From a virus, in IMG/VR virus record IMGVR_UViG_3300025508_000006, positions 52,031 through 116,030 of that record: a stretch of DNA of 64,000 bases. The stretch is one strand, 5' to 3'. The notes under the pieces are model-generated. The model did not search any database, was not told where the DNA came from, and saw only the letters and a list, made by a program, of their open reading frames with translations. Each line of letters starts with the position of its first letter. Positions within the stretch are counted from its first letter, which is position 1. The position numbers and the translations under genes are program-made. Positions 18,906 to 28,103 of the stretch are shown here, piece after piece.

Positions 18906-19580
18906 ATGATGAAAAATATACCACTGAATGATTATGCAATTAATCTTCTGAACGAAGCACTTTGGTTTACTAAGGAAGAGAACTACAGTGCTGTTATTCC
19001 TTCTAAGATAAATGATTTAGATAAAGCAGATTGGTACACTGGTCAAGAATATTTCGAGCAGATTAAGGGCGAGGGCAGACAACATGATGGGTTCCCCGCT
19101 TTCGTTACTAGTTATTCATTCAATCAAGATTATAGGTTTGATCCTCGTAATCCACATATTGATCGAAAGATAGCAGAAGTTGCAGATCATCATGGCAAGT
19201 TGATGACTAATATACAGACCGCTTTCAATCTTAAAAAGAATGCTCTGTTCTCTGTATATCCGCCCGGTGGTTATATCTCATGGCACAACAATGCGAATGC
19301 TTCGGCATATAACTTTATATTCACTTACAGTGAAACTGGTGATGGTTGGTGGAAGCATTGGGATCCAGTCAATCAGAAAATGATTCACATTCCTGATGTT
19401 AAAGGTTGGCAATGTAAAGCAGGACACTTCGGTGCATATGAAGATGGACCCGAATCCCTAGTATATCACACTGCACGTAATGGTGAAAGCGGAATACGTA
19501 TGACAATTGCCTTTGTATTAGATCGATCAGAGATGTCTTTAGGTATACAAGATTGGGTAATTGAAGATATACACGTCTAA
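18906..19580 (+). CDS. 2OG-Fe(II) oxygenase-like (double-stranded beta-helix) protein
   Basis: YPPGGYISWHNN, distal YHTA and RMTIAF resemble the HxD...H...R facial triad and 2OG site, but with HxN in place of HxD. Confidence 0.55.
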   Translation: MMKNIPLNDYAINLLNEALWFTKEENYSAVIPSKINDLDKADWYTGQEYFEQIKGEGRQHDGFPAFVTSYSFNQDYRFDPRNPHIDRKIAEVADHHGKLMTNIQTAFNLKKNALFSVYPPGGYISWHNNANASAYNFIFTYSETGDGWWKHWDPVNQKMIHIPDVKGWQCKAGHFGAYEDGPESLVYHTARNGESGIRMTIAFVLDRSEMSLGIQDWVIEDIHV

Positions 19581-19585
19581 ACTCT

Positions 19586-19605
19586 TATAAATAAACCTAT
19601 AAATA
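19586..19605 (+). promoter_or_regulatory. tandem T4-type late promoters
   Basis: TATAAATA at 19586-19593 and 19598-19605. Confidence 0.75.
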
Positions 19606-19632
19606 TCTCAATAGTATAGCGGATAAAGACGA

Positions 19633-19992
19633 ATGGCACACTACGAAGTATTAACAATTAATCAAGGCACAGATGTTTCTGTTGAACTGCATCTGGTTAA
19701 TGTCGATAACTCAATAAAAGACTTGACAGGACATAATGTAACTGCTAAACTTGGCACTCATTATGATGCTAAAGACTCTGACAAAACTACTTTTGTTTCT
19801 TTAGTGGCAAGTCCACCAACGAGTGGCATTGTTAACCTTTCTTTGACTAACACAGTCACTGCCGCACTTAATCCTAAGAAGCGTTACGTTTATGATGTTG
19901 AAATATCCCATATTGATAGTGACACAAGTAACACTATCGTCGAACGGGTGATGGAAGGACTTATCACTATTACCCCTTCAGTAACAACATAA
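19633..19992 (+). CDS. small virion protein (BppU-N-like adaptor)
   Basis: NQGTD...DLTG...LSLT..T..L...RYVYDVEI...RVMEG.ITITPSVT pattern, common in T4-like tail modules. Confidence 0.6.
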   Translation: MAHYEVLTINQGTDVSVELHLVNVDNSIKDLTGHNVTAKLGTHYDAKDSDKTTFVSLVASPPTSGIVNLSLTNTVTAALNPKKRYVYDVEISHIDSDTSNTIVERVMEGLITITPSVTT

Positions 19993-20001
19993 AGGTTAAC
20001 C

Positions 20002-21087
20002 ATGCCAGCACCAATAGATCAGACATATAAAGTAGTCGTCGGAAATCTCACGAAGGTAAAACGTGTTGTTGTCGGCATACCTATTACTAGCGTAGTTGCC
20101 GCCGGTGCTGAAGGTCTAGACATTGACAACATCGCGGGTATTGACACTACCGGAGCAGTCAGTGGCGATCTATTAATATACAATGCGATTACTGATGCAT
20201 GGGAATCAAATAAGTTACTAAACGAAAATCAGATTATAGATGGTAAATACTATCCTTCTGATTCCGCACACGGTCTAATACTAACACGTAGAAGCGCAAC
20301 GAGTGGAGAACCACCTTATCTTCGCTCTGGTGAGATGGCGTACTCATGGTTAGTTGATTCTGCTACAGATGGATTTGGTAATGGCGGACAGAGATTATAC
20401 ATCGGTGTAGGAGCAGACTCTACTTATCCCGATGGAACTGTTCGATCAGAATCGCTTGAAGTTATTGGTGGTTCTTACTTCACAAATCTTCTTAATCATC
20501 AAGCAGGTATTAATACTGCTAACAGTGCATTAATTGTTGACTCGAATGGTAGAGTTGACTCTTTAATTGTAGATACATTAACAGCAATTAATCTTACAGC
20601 AACTGGAACAACAACTCTTGATTCAGCAGACATTGGACCATTAACTGTAAGAAACAACGCATTATTTGATTCTGATGTTAGAATATCCGGTAATCTAATT
20701 GTAGATGGCGACACTACATTTGTACTGGATGTTACACTTGATTCAACTTTAGTTAACGGTGATTTAACCGTAAACGGTAGAACTTTTCTTAATGCAAATG
20801 GCGAGTTCTACGTTGATAGCGTACAGATTGAACAATATATTGATAGTAGTGTTAATCGATTACTGACACCAGGTAGTGCGATTTCTTTATTATACAGTGA
20901 TAGCGAAAATACTTTAACAGTAAGTGCTATCTCAACAGATTCGGCAGTACTGGGTGTTGCATCGTTTAATGCGATTGCAGGAGATTCTTCTCAAACTGCC
21001 AAACAATTTACAGTAGTCGATGGTGCAGTTAGTGTGAATATACTTGATGGTGGATTCTTTGGTAATGATTCAGCGTATCCAGGGTAA
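20002..21087 (+). CDS. virion structural / fibre-like protein
   Basis: L.SGEMAYS, RLYIG, IGGSYFT and GVASF...F.V..GAVS..LDGG motifs seen in fibre-associated proteins of marine T4-like phages. Confidence 0.55.
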   Translation: MPAPIDQTYKVVVGNLTKVKRVVVGIPITSVVAAGAEGLDIDNIAGIDTTGAVSGDLLIYNAITDAWESNKLLNENQIIDGKYYPSDSAHGLILTRRSATSGEPPYLRSGEMAYSWLVDSATDGFGNGGQRLYIGVGADSTYPDGTVRSESLEVIGGSYFTNLLNHQAGINTANSALIVDSNGRVDSLIVDTLTAINLTATGTTTLDSADIGPLTVRNNALFDSDVRISGNLIVDGDTTFVLDVTLDSTLVNGDLTVNGRTFLNANGEFYVDSVQIEQYIDSSVNRLLTPGSAISLLYSDSENTLTVSAISTDSAVLGVASFNAIAGDSSQTAKQFTVVDGAVSVNILDGGFFGNDSAYPG

Positions 21088-21140
21088 TTTAAAGACACTA
21101 AATAGAAACACTAAGAGCATTATAACAGGATATAATATCA

Positions 21141-23468
21141 ATGTCAACCACTAAGTTACTAAATCGAAGAACTAATGTCCCAGGTCAGTTGCCTGGTATT
21201 TCAGACATTAGTCTTGGTGAAATAGCGATCAACACGCACGAAGGTAAAATGTACCTCAAGCGTGATAAGTTTGGCGTAGTTGATATAGTTCAAGTAGGTG
21301 AAGATGCAGTAGAGAATGTTTTTTATGTTTCTAAATCTGGTGAGTTTGGTAATTCAGGTACTTCTCTTGGCGACTCTTTCAAAACTCTTGACTCTGCTGT
21401 ATCTACAGTCACCACTCTAAAAACATTTGCATTTGACGAATCTTTATGTAGTCGTGACTTAGGTTACATCTTTGACGGACTGTATCTTGACATTGCTTTC
21501 GGAACAAACTATAATGCAGTAACATCTGGTCACGCTTATCAAAGAGCAGGATCAACTAAAGTTACAACACAGCAATTACAACCTACTAGAGTAGCGTTTA
21601 ACCAAGCACGAGGCGCTGTCGGTTCTGTTCCTGAAGTAAAAGCAAGTACTGGTATTACAGGAGCATTGTATAGAAACAATGCTCACTGGTCAGAAATAGT
21701 AGATATTCTTATTAACGGCAAGGTGAGTACAGAGCAGGCACATGACGATCTAGTCTTTCCGCCTCCTGCGGTATTACCTACAGCAGATGCTGACGATGCT
21801 GCCATCATTCTCCAGAACAATCGAGAATGGTTAAAAGGTGAACTTATAGCATTCATTACTGCAAACTATCCTTTAGCATCATACGATGAAACTCTATGCC
21901 GCAGAGACATAGGATTTATTGTTGATGGTCTAACATTCGACATATTATATGGTGGTACTCACGCCATCACTATTAACACCCGCGCCTATTTTATCGGTGC
22001 TGTAAGTCAGTTGAGCGATGGTGAAGTTCCTGCAACAGTTGCCGCATATGAACATATGAGAGATGTACTAGTTGAACTTTTCACTAACAGTCTAACTAGT
22101 AATATTACTGCTTCGGCAGATGAGACTGGCAATTCTGGACAGTATGCTACTTCCACCGAAAGTACTATTTTAACAACATTACTCGATGACATATTAATTG
22201 ACACACTAGTTGCTGGTAATCTTAATAGTTTACCTGCCGCTGTTGAACCTATTCTGACAAGTCGAGGAGTAAGTGCTGAGTTAAGAACTGCTATTTCTTC
22301 AGTTAAAGATACCGAAGATCAGATTATTCTTCAGTCGGTAAAGTCTGCTAAGAATACTGGTGACACTACAATCTTCTTGAAGTCTGGTGATTATCAGGTA
22401 AACAATCCTATTAAGTTACCACCTAAGACAGCAATTGTTGGTGACAACTTGAGAACGACTACTATTCGACCAAAGAGCGTTGACTCTGACATATTCTATA
22501 TGGATAATGGTTGTTTCATTAAAGACGTTACTTTCCGAGACCATCAGAACTTTGCTGCCTGTGTAGCATATGATCCCAAAGTAGATAGTGCTGGCGCTGG
22601 TCCATTCATCGTTCAATCACCCTACGTTCAGAACTGTACTTCTATTACCAACGATGGTATCGGTATGAAGATTGACGGATCTAAATGTTCTGGATTGAAG
22701 TCGATGGTATCAGACGCATTCACACAGTACAATGCCGGTGGTATCGGTACGTATCTCTTGAATCGTGGTTACGCACAGTTAGTATCTATCTTTACAATCT
22801 CAACACAGACTTCTATTCTTGCTGAAACTGGTGGACAATGTTCTATTACGAACAGTAACTCCTCGTTTGGTGACTTCGGACTAATTGCTCGCGGTAGTTC
22901 TCAAGTACTGTATGACGGTGTACTTGATAACAATCAACTTTTGTATGATGATACAATTCGTATTTCAAATGTGATAAATAGAGATAGTGCTGATTATTTC
23001 GGAACTGTCGGTCAAACTAAGTTGCCAAACTACGGTGATGCAATGAAGTTTGATAGTGAAGAATATTATTATACAGTGTTGGGTGTTGATTCTGTTGGTG
23101 GTGGTGTATATGACATCTCTTTCGAACCTGGACTGAATAGTAATAAATTAGCAAATCAAGAGATAACGTTCAGACAGCGATCTCAGATCACATCATCTTC
23201 GCACACATTTGAATATGTGGGTGCTGGAACTAACACGTTTACTGCTATTCCTCAGAATGGTGGTATACCAATACCAGAAAGCGAAGTAGTATACGATGTT
23301 GACACAAACGAAGGTTTAGTAGTATTCACATCGACGGATCAGTTAGGCGACTTTAGAATTGGTGCAGAACTGACAATTAAAAGACAAGAAGGTAGAATTG
23401 TAGGTGAGACGTTTGAACGATCTCTATACGCTATTCTAACTCCATATATTCTAGCACTAGAAGGTTAA
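21141..23468 (+). CDS. tail fibre/spike-like protein with a right-handed beta-helix region
   Basis: GEIAINT..GK.Y N-terminus, two C.RD.G.I.D...DI..G repeats, IVGDNLR, SPYVQNCTS, YAQLVSIF and STDQ.GDFRIG motifs. Confidence 0.65.
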   Translation: MSTTKLLNRRTNVPGQLPGISDISLGEIAINTHEGKMYLKRDKFGVVDIVQVGEDAVENVFYVSKSGEFGNSGTSLGDSFKTLDSAVSTVTTLKTFAFDESLCSRDLGYIFDGLYLDIAFGTNYNAVTSGHAYQRAGSTKVTTQQLQPTRVAFNQARGAVGSVPEVKASTGITGALYRNNAHWSEIVDILINGKVSTEQAHDDLVFPPPAVLPTADADDAAIILQNNREWLKGELIAFITANYPLASYDETLCRRDIGFIVDGLTFDILYGGTHAITINTRAYFIGAVSQLSDGEVPATVAAYEHMRDVLVELFTNSLTSNITASADETGNSGQYATSTESTILTTLLDDILIDTLVAGNLNSLPAAVEPILTSRGVSAELRTAISSVKDTEDQIILQSVKSAKNTGDTTIFLKSGDYQVNNPIKLPPKTAIVGDNLRTTTIRPKSVDSDIFYMDNGCFIKDVTFRDHQNFAACVAYDPKVDSAGAGPFIVQSPYVQNCTSITNDGIGMKIDGSKCSGLKSMVSDAFTQYNAGGIGTYLLNRGYAQLVSIFTISTQTSILAETGGQCSITNSNSSFGDFGLIARGSSQVLYDGVLDNNQLLYDDTIRISNVINRDSADYFGTVGQTKLPNYGDAMKFDSEEYYYTVLGVDSVGGGVYDISFEPGLNSNKLANQEITFRQRSQITSSSHTFEYVGAGTNTFTAIPQNGGIPIPESEVVYDVDTNEGLVVFTSTDQLGDFRIGAELTIKRQEGRIVGETFERSLYAILTPYILALEG

Positions 23469-23474
23469 AGAAAA

Positions 23475-23846
23475 ATGGCAACTCCACTCAATACGTTTAA
23501 GTCAACTTCTGTTACTGTTGTTGGTAAAGATACGCTTACTGGCGACAGCGATTTAGTCTATACTTCACCCAACGGAATCACGGCGATTGTGTTGATGGCG
23601 CAGGTAGCGAATATCGACTCTGCTGGTACTGGTACTTTCGAGGTTAATATGCAACAGTCGCTGTCACTGGCAGCACCAGCAGTTCACTTGATTAAAGGTT
23701 ATCGAGTTGCGCCTCGTGATGCAGTAAGTCTGATTACAGGTAAGTTAATTATTGAAGAAAACGGTGTTATCCGATGCTCAACTAATGCGGCGGGTGCTGG
23801 CAAACTGCAATTAACTCTAAGTTATTTGGAATCATTAAATGGTTAA
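23475..23846 (+). CDS. small virion structural protein
   Basis: LNTFK...VYTSP.G.TAIVL.AQVAN...LSYLE pattern; follows the spike-like gene. Confidence 0.55.
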   Translation: MATPLNTFKSTSVTVVGKDTLTGDSDLVYTSPNGITAIVLMAQVANIDSAGTGTFEVNMQQSLSLAAPAVHLIKGYRVAPRDAVSLITGKLIIEENGVIRCSTNAAGAGKLQLTLSYLESLNG

Positions 23847-25083
23847 TACAATAAGCGTTTCGGGCACTTCTCTTACAGGTGGTGTATCCACCAGACCAGT
23901 AGAGGATCTCGATTCAGCAAGATATGAGTATATCACTCTCGATCAGGTAGAACCGAGTCCTGGTAATCCGACAACTGACGGTCAAGTTCTCACGTCTCTT
24001 GCTGATGGTACTCGTTCTTGGGGGGACATATCAAGACTTACGCTTAATGCCCTTAACTTCACGTCACTAGATTCCGGTGAAGTTGGCGACGAATATGCAC
24101 TATTCGTAAAGAACAATCCTTTTGATGCTAATGCAGATAGTGTTGTTGTTCGTAAGATTGGTGCAGGTGCATTTGCTGACACAGCAAACGAGACTCTAGC
24201 AACTGTCACCGCACGAGGCGATAGCACACAAGTCTACTCGTACTTCTACGGTGGACTATATGCTGATAGTGTAGTAATTGCTGGTAATCTTACTGTTAGT
24301 GGCACACAAACAATACTTAATACCGCAACATTAGAAGTCGATGATCTAAACATAGTTATTGCTAGAAATGCGACTAACAATGCTGAAGCAGAAGGTGCTG
24401 GTATTACAGTTGCAGGTGCTAATGCGGGTATTACATATGCATCTACAGACAACTCATGGAACTTTAATCGTCTAACTAACTTTGAGACAGGTCTTGCAGT
24501 AGTAGGACCATCTTTATTTGATTCAGTAACTATTGATGGCGAAGTTGTTATCAATAATACAGATGCATCTGTCACTGCTACATTCGGTTTATTCTTAGAA
24601 CCCACCACAAATAGACTTGTTACACGTACCATCTCAACAGATATTCTTGATGGAACAATTGAATTAACTCAGGTTGTATCGACCGATCAAGACTTAACAT
24701 TCTATCCTACATTTGTAAGTGTACTAAATGGCGGAGATAGTGCCAAAGTTGATAGTGCATTAACATATAATGCTTTTAGTAATAGACTTACTCTTGGTAA
24801 TCTTTCTTTAACTCAGATTGATAGGGACCAAGAGACCGATAACGTGCTTGTACTTTCTGCACAAGACTCTGTATCGTTCAGAGAATTGGGCAATCTTGCT
24901 TATCTCGATTCAGAGCAAGACACACTACAATCTGTAACCAGTCGAGGTGCTACTAGTACAGACAGCGTAACTTTCGCGGGTATACATGTAGAGGGTGATA
25001 TCGAAGCGAGTCGCTACTTTGACGCTTCGGCAAGACAATTAGTAATTTATGACTCAGTAGGTGCTACTCTCTGGGGTGCATAA
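23839..25083 (+). CDS. fibre-like structural protein
   Basis: GNLTVSGTQT..NT..L.V.D..I...AEGAGI motif and TL..VT.RG repeats typical of phage fibres. Confidence 0.6.
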   Translation: MVNTISVSGTSLTGGVSTRPVEDLDSARYEYITLDQVEPSPGNPTTDGQVLTSLADGTRSWGDISRLTLNALNFTSLDSGEVGDEYALFVKNNPFDANADSVVVRKIGAGAFADTANETLATVTARGDSTQVYSYFYGGLYADSVVIAGNLTVSGTQTILNTATLEVDDLNIVIARNATNNAEAEGAGITVAGANAGITYASTDNSWNFNRLTNFETGLAVVGPSLFDSVTIDGEVVINNTDASVTATFGLFLEPTTNRLVTRTISTDILDGTIELTQVVSTDQDLTFYPTFVSVLNGGDSAKVDSALTYNAFSNRLTLGNLSLTQIDRDQETDNVLVLSAQDSVSFRELGNLAYLDSEQDTLQSVTSRGATSTDSVTFAGIHVEGDIEASRYFDASARQLVIYDSVGATLWGA

Positions 25084-25109
25084 ATAACAGATAAACATTG
25101 GAGTAACAA

Positions 25110-25865
25110 ATGGCATCGCCAGATTCAAGACAAGATTTAATCGACTTCGCTCTACGTAGATTGGGCGAACCTGTAATTGAAATCAATGTTGATATAGATC
25201 AAGTTGAAGATAAGGTTGATGACGCTCTTCAAAAATATCAAGAGTTTCATAGTGATGCAACACTTAGAACTTATCTCAAGCACGAAGTAACTAGTACTGA
25301 TGTTACTAATGGATACATTCCGTTAAACGCAAACATTCAGTGGGTAAAGAGATTGTTTCCTCTGAATTCATCGTTTGGTTCAGGCGGCAATATGTTTGAT
25401 CTAAAGTATCAGATGTATTTAAACAATATGGCAGACTTCTATAGTTTTGCGGGCGATCTATCGTACATATATCAGATGGAACAATATCTAAGTATGATTG
25501 ATCAGCAACTAAGTGGAATGCCTCAAGTACGCCACTCACGTAGAGAAGGTCGTCTATACATTGACGGCGATCTTGCTGACGGAGATATTAAAGCAGGCGA
25601 TTATGTTATTGCTGAAGTATATCAGATCATTGATCCGGAAGTACACTTGAGCATATGGAATGATATGTTCATGAAAGATTATACCACACAATTAATCAAA
25701 CAGCAGTGGGGCGTTAATATGTCCAAGTTTGAGGGAATGCAATTGCCGGGTGGTGTTACTATTAGTGGTCGTCAATTGTATGAAGACGCGACTGCTGAAA
25801 TCGAGAAACTTGAAGAGAAATTACGTCTCGAACAAGAACTCCCAGTTGACTTTCTGATAGGATAA
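25110..25865 (+). CDS. gp13: neck protein gp13
   Basis: P.SRQ.LIDFALRRLG.PVIEINV and KQQWG.N.SKF.G.QLPGGV motifs. Confidence 0.92.
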   Translation: MASPDSRQDLIDFALRRLGEPVIEINVDIDQVEDKVDDALQKYQEFHSDATLRTYLKHEVTSTDVTNGYIPLNANIQWVKRLFPLNSSFGSGGNMFDLKYQMYLNNMADFYSFAGDLSYIYQMEQYLSMIDQQLSGMPQVRHSRREGRLYIDGDLADGDIKAGDYVIAEVYQIIDPEVHLSIWNDMFMKDYTTQLIKQQWGVNMSKFEGMQLPGGVTISGRQLYEDATAEIEKLEEKLRLEQELPVDFLIG

Positions 25866-25866
25866 C

Positions 25867-26769
25867 ATGGCAACTAATCTTTACTTCTCACAGGGCAGAA
25901 AGTCTGAGCAGACTCTCTACGAAGATATCATTATTGAGTCTTTGAAGATGTATGGTCAGGACGTTTACTATGTCCCGCGTGAACTGGTCAACAGAGATAC
26001 AATCTTTGGTGACGATAGCACTTCACGATTCGACAATGCTTACCGTATAGAAATGTACATAGAAGGTGTCGAAGGATTTGATGGTGAAGGTGACTTGTTC
26101 GCTAAGTTTGGAGTAGAGATTCGAGATGCTGCCACATTCATTATGGCAAGACGCCGATGGTTGAACACTGTTGCTTCTATAGAAAACACTTTAGAAGAAC
26201 CGTTCTATCGTCCGAGAGAAGGCGATTTGATTGTCTTAACATTGTCTAACTCTATCTTCGAGATTCAAAAAGTAGAAGACGAGACACCATTCTATCAGTT
26301 AAAGAATCTTCCTGTGTTCCGTATGCGATGTGAATTGTTTGAATACAACGACGAAGATTTTGATACGGGTGTTGGAGAGATCGATGCAATTGAGACTGTA
26401 CACGCATACAGTTCTACGCTTATATTTGATGAGACAACATTTAGTGTAGCAAATAGTAAGTTTGAGATTGGCGAAGAGATATCACAGGTCAATGCAACTT
26501 TCACTATGAATGGTGAGATTGTTAATATTGATGCTTCTGTTCCAGGAACATATAAGGTCTATGTTTCTCACGGTGGTGCCACCGATGGTCTTTATCATAG
26601 TTGGGCAGCATCATTACCTGTAGTAGGACAGAGTTCAGGAATCAGTGAAACCCCAACATCAGTTGGCAGCGAGAACTTAGAAGTGGATAATCAGAATGCA
26701 ATCTTTGATACGGTTGCAACAGACTTCATCGACTTCTCTGAGTCTAATCCGTTTGGAGATCCAGTATAA
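25867..26769 (+). CDS. gp14: neck protein gp14
   Basis: EQ.L..D.I.ES.KMYG.DVYY.PR, RPREGDLI, FYQL and DFSESNPFG motifs. Confidence 0.92.
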   Translation: MATNLYFSQGRKSEQTLYEDIIIESLKMYGQDVYYVPRELVNRDTIFGDDSTSRFDNAYRIEMYIEGVEGFDGEGDLFAKFGVEIRDAATFIMARRRWLNTVASIENTLEEPFYRPREGDLIVLTLSNSIFEIQKVEDETPFYQLKNLPVFRMRCELFEYNDEDFDTGVGEIDAIETVHAYSSTLIFDETTFSVANSKFEIGEEISQVNATFTMNGEIVNIDASVPGTYKVYVSHGGATDGLYHSWAASLPVVGQSSGISETPTSVGSENLEVDNQNAIFDTVATDFIDFSESNPFGDPV

Positions 26770-28058
26770 TGTTAGGTTCACACTTCTATCACCAAAGAAT
26801 TAGAAAAGCAGTTGCTGTATTCGGTTCATTGTTTAATAACATAAACGTCATACGTAAGAATACCGCAGGCGAAGTTATTAGTCAAGTAAAAGTTCCTTTA
26901 TCTTATGCACCAAAGCGCGACTTTCTCACACGCATGGATAATATGCTTAACGGTGAGACGAACGAAAGACAGATAGCATTGAAACTGCCTAGAATGTCAT
27001 TTGAGATCATAGCAATGAATTATGATCCAGTAAGACAATTACCTAAGATGAACAATTGTGTTAAAGCGCCGACAACGTATACTGGTTCAGCAACACAACT
27101 ATACACTCCTGTTCCATACAATGTAAACTTTCAGTTGAACGTGTATGGTAAAAGTCAGGATGATGTATTACAAATTATAGAACAGATTCTACCCTATTTC
27201 ACACCACAGTATACTGTAACAGTAAAACCTTTATCGGAGTACGATGTCAAGGAAGACACCCCCATAACAATGACGGGTATCACTTTCTCTGATGACTATG
27301 AAGGTCAGGTTGAGAATAGACGTTCTATCATATATACACTTGACTTCGAAATGAAGATCAGTTTGTATAAGGGTGTTGCGGCATCAGGTACTATTATAAC
27401 AAGTGCTGATATTAACGTTAAAGATTTAGAAGGCAATGACTTGTTCACTACATCTTTGGTAGGTAACATTATAACAGGTACGAGTGGTACACTAGCAAAC
27501 GAAGATGGTGGCACAATAACACAAGCATTCAAGATTGTTAATGCGCAGAGTAGAGTAACCTCATTTACAATCGGCACTGCTCCTACAAATGGCACCGCAA
27601 TTGCTAATGCTGATACAACTATAGTAACGCCTTCGGGTGGGTTTAACGCTACTGGTACTTGGTCATATATTCCTGATCCAGATTTCTCGGGTTCTGACTC
27701 ATTCGTACTTGATGTAAATCTAGTAGACGGAACAAAACTCGAACAGACAATCAACGTCACGGTAACTAATGCGATTGATGATGCTATCAATGTTGTAGCG
27801 TCAATTGACACTGGTGTTGCATTATCAATTGATATTGATGTTGGTGCTAATGATTCATTCGAGTCTACTTCTATTGTCTACTCTATACCGACAGGTGGTG
27901 CACCAGATAATGGTGTAGTAGCAATACAAGATTCAGTGAATGGAATAATTCGTTATACTCCTGATAGTGGGTTTACAGGAGTCGATATATTCACATATAG
28001 AGTGACACCAAGTACAGGACAAGTAGAAACTGCAACAGTTACGATAACCGTGACTTAA
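26769..28058 (+). CDS. gp15: tail sheath stabiliser/terminator gp15 with C-terminal Ig/cadherin-like extension
   Basis: FYHQ.IRK.V..FG.LFN, VPLSY.P, LPRMSFE and QI.EQILPYF.P motifs, followed by about 200 extra aa with Y.PD..F.G.D.F motifs. Confidence 0.88.
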   Translation: MLGSHFYHQRIRKAVAVFGSLFNNINVIRKNTAGEVISQVKVPLSYAPKRDFLTRMDNMLNGETNERQIALKLPRMSFEIIAMNYDPVRQLPKMNNCVKAPTTYTGSATQLYTPVPYNVNFQLNVYGKSQDDVLQIIEQILPYFTPQYTVTVKPLSEYDVKEDTPITMTGITFSDDYEGQVENRRSIIYTLDFEMKISLYKGVAASGTIITSADINVKDLEGNDLFTTSLVGNIITGTSGTLANEDGGTITQAFKIVNAQSRVTSFTIGTAPTNGTAIANADTTIVTPSGGFNATGTWSYIPDPDFSGSDSFVLDVNLVDGTKLEQTINVTVTNAIDDAINVVASIDTGVALSIDIDVGANDSFESTSIVYSIPTGGAPDNGVVAIQDSVNGIIRYTPDSGFTGVDIFTYRVTPSTGQVETATVTITVT

Positions 28059-28063
28059 AACAC

Positions 28064-28071
28064 TATAAATA
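28064..28071 (+). promoter_or_regulatory. T4-type late promoter
   Basis: Exact TATAAATA. Confidence 0.8.
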
Positions 28072-28103
28072 GAATTATAGAAAACATATTCTGAGGAATA
28101 ACA

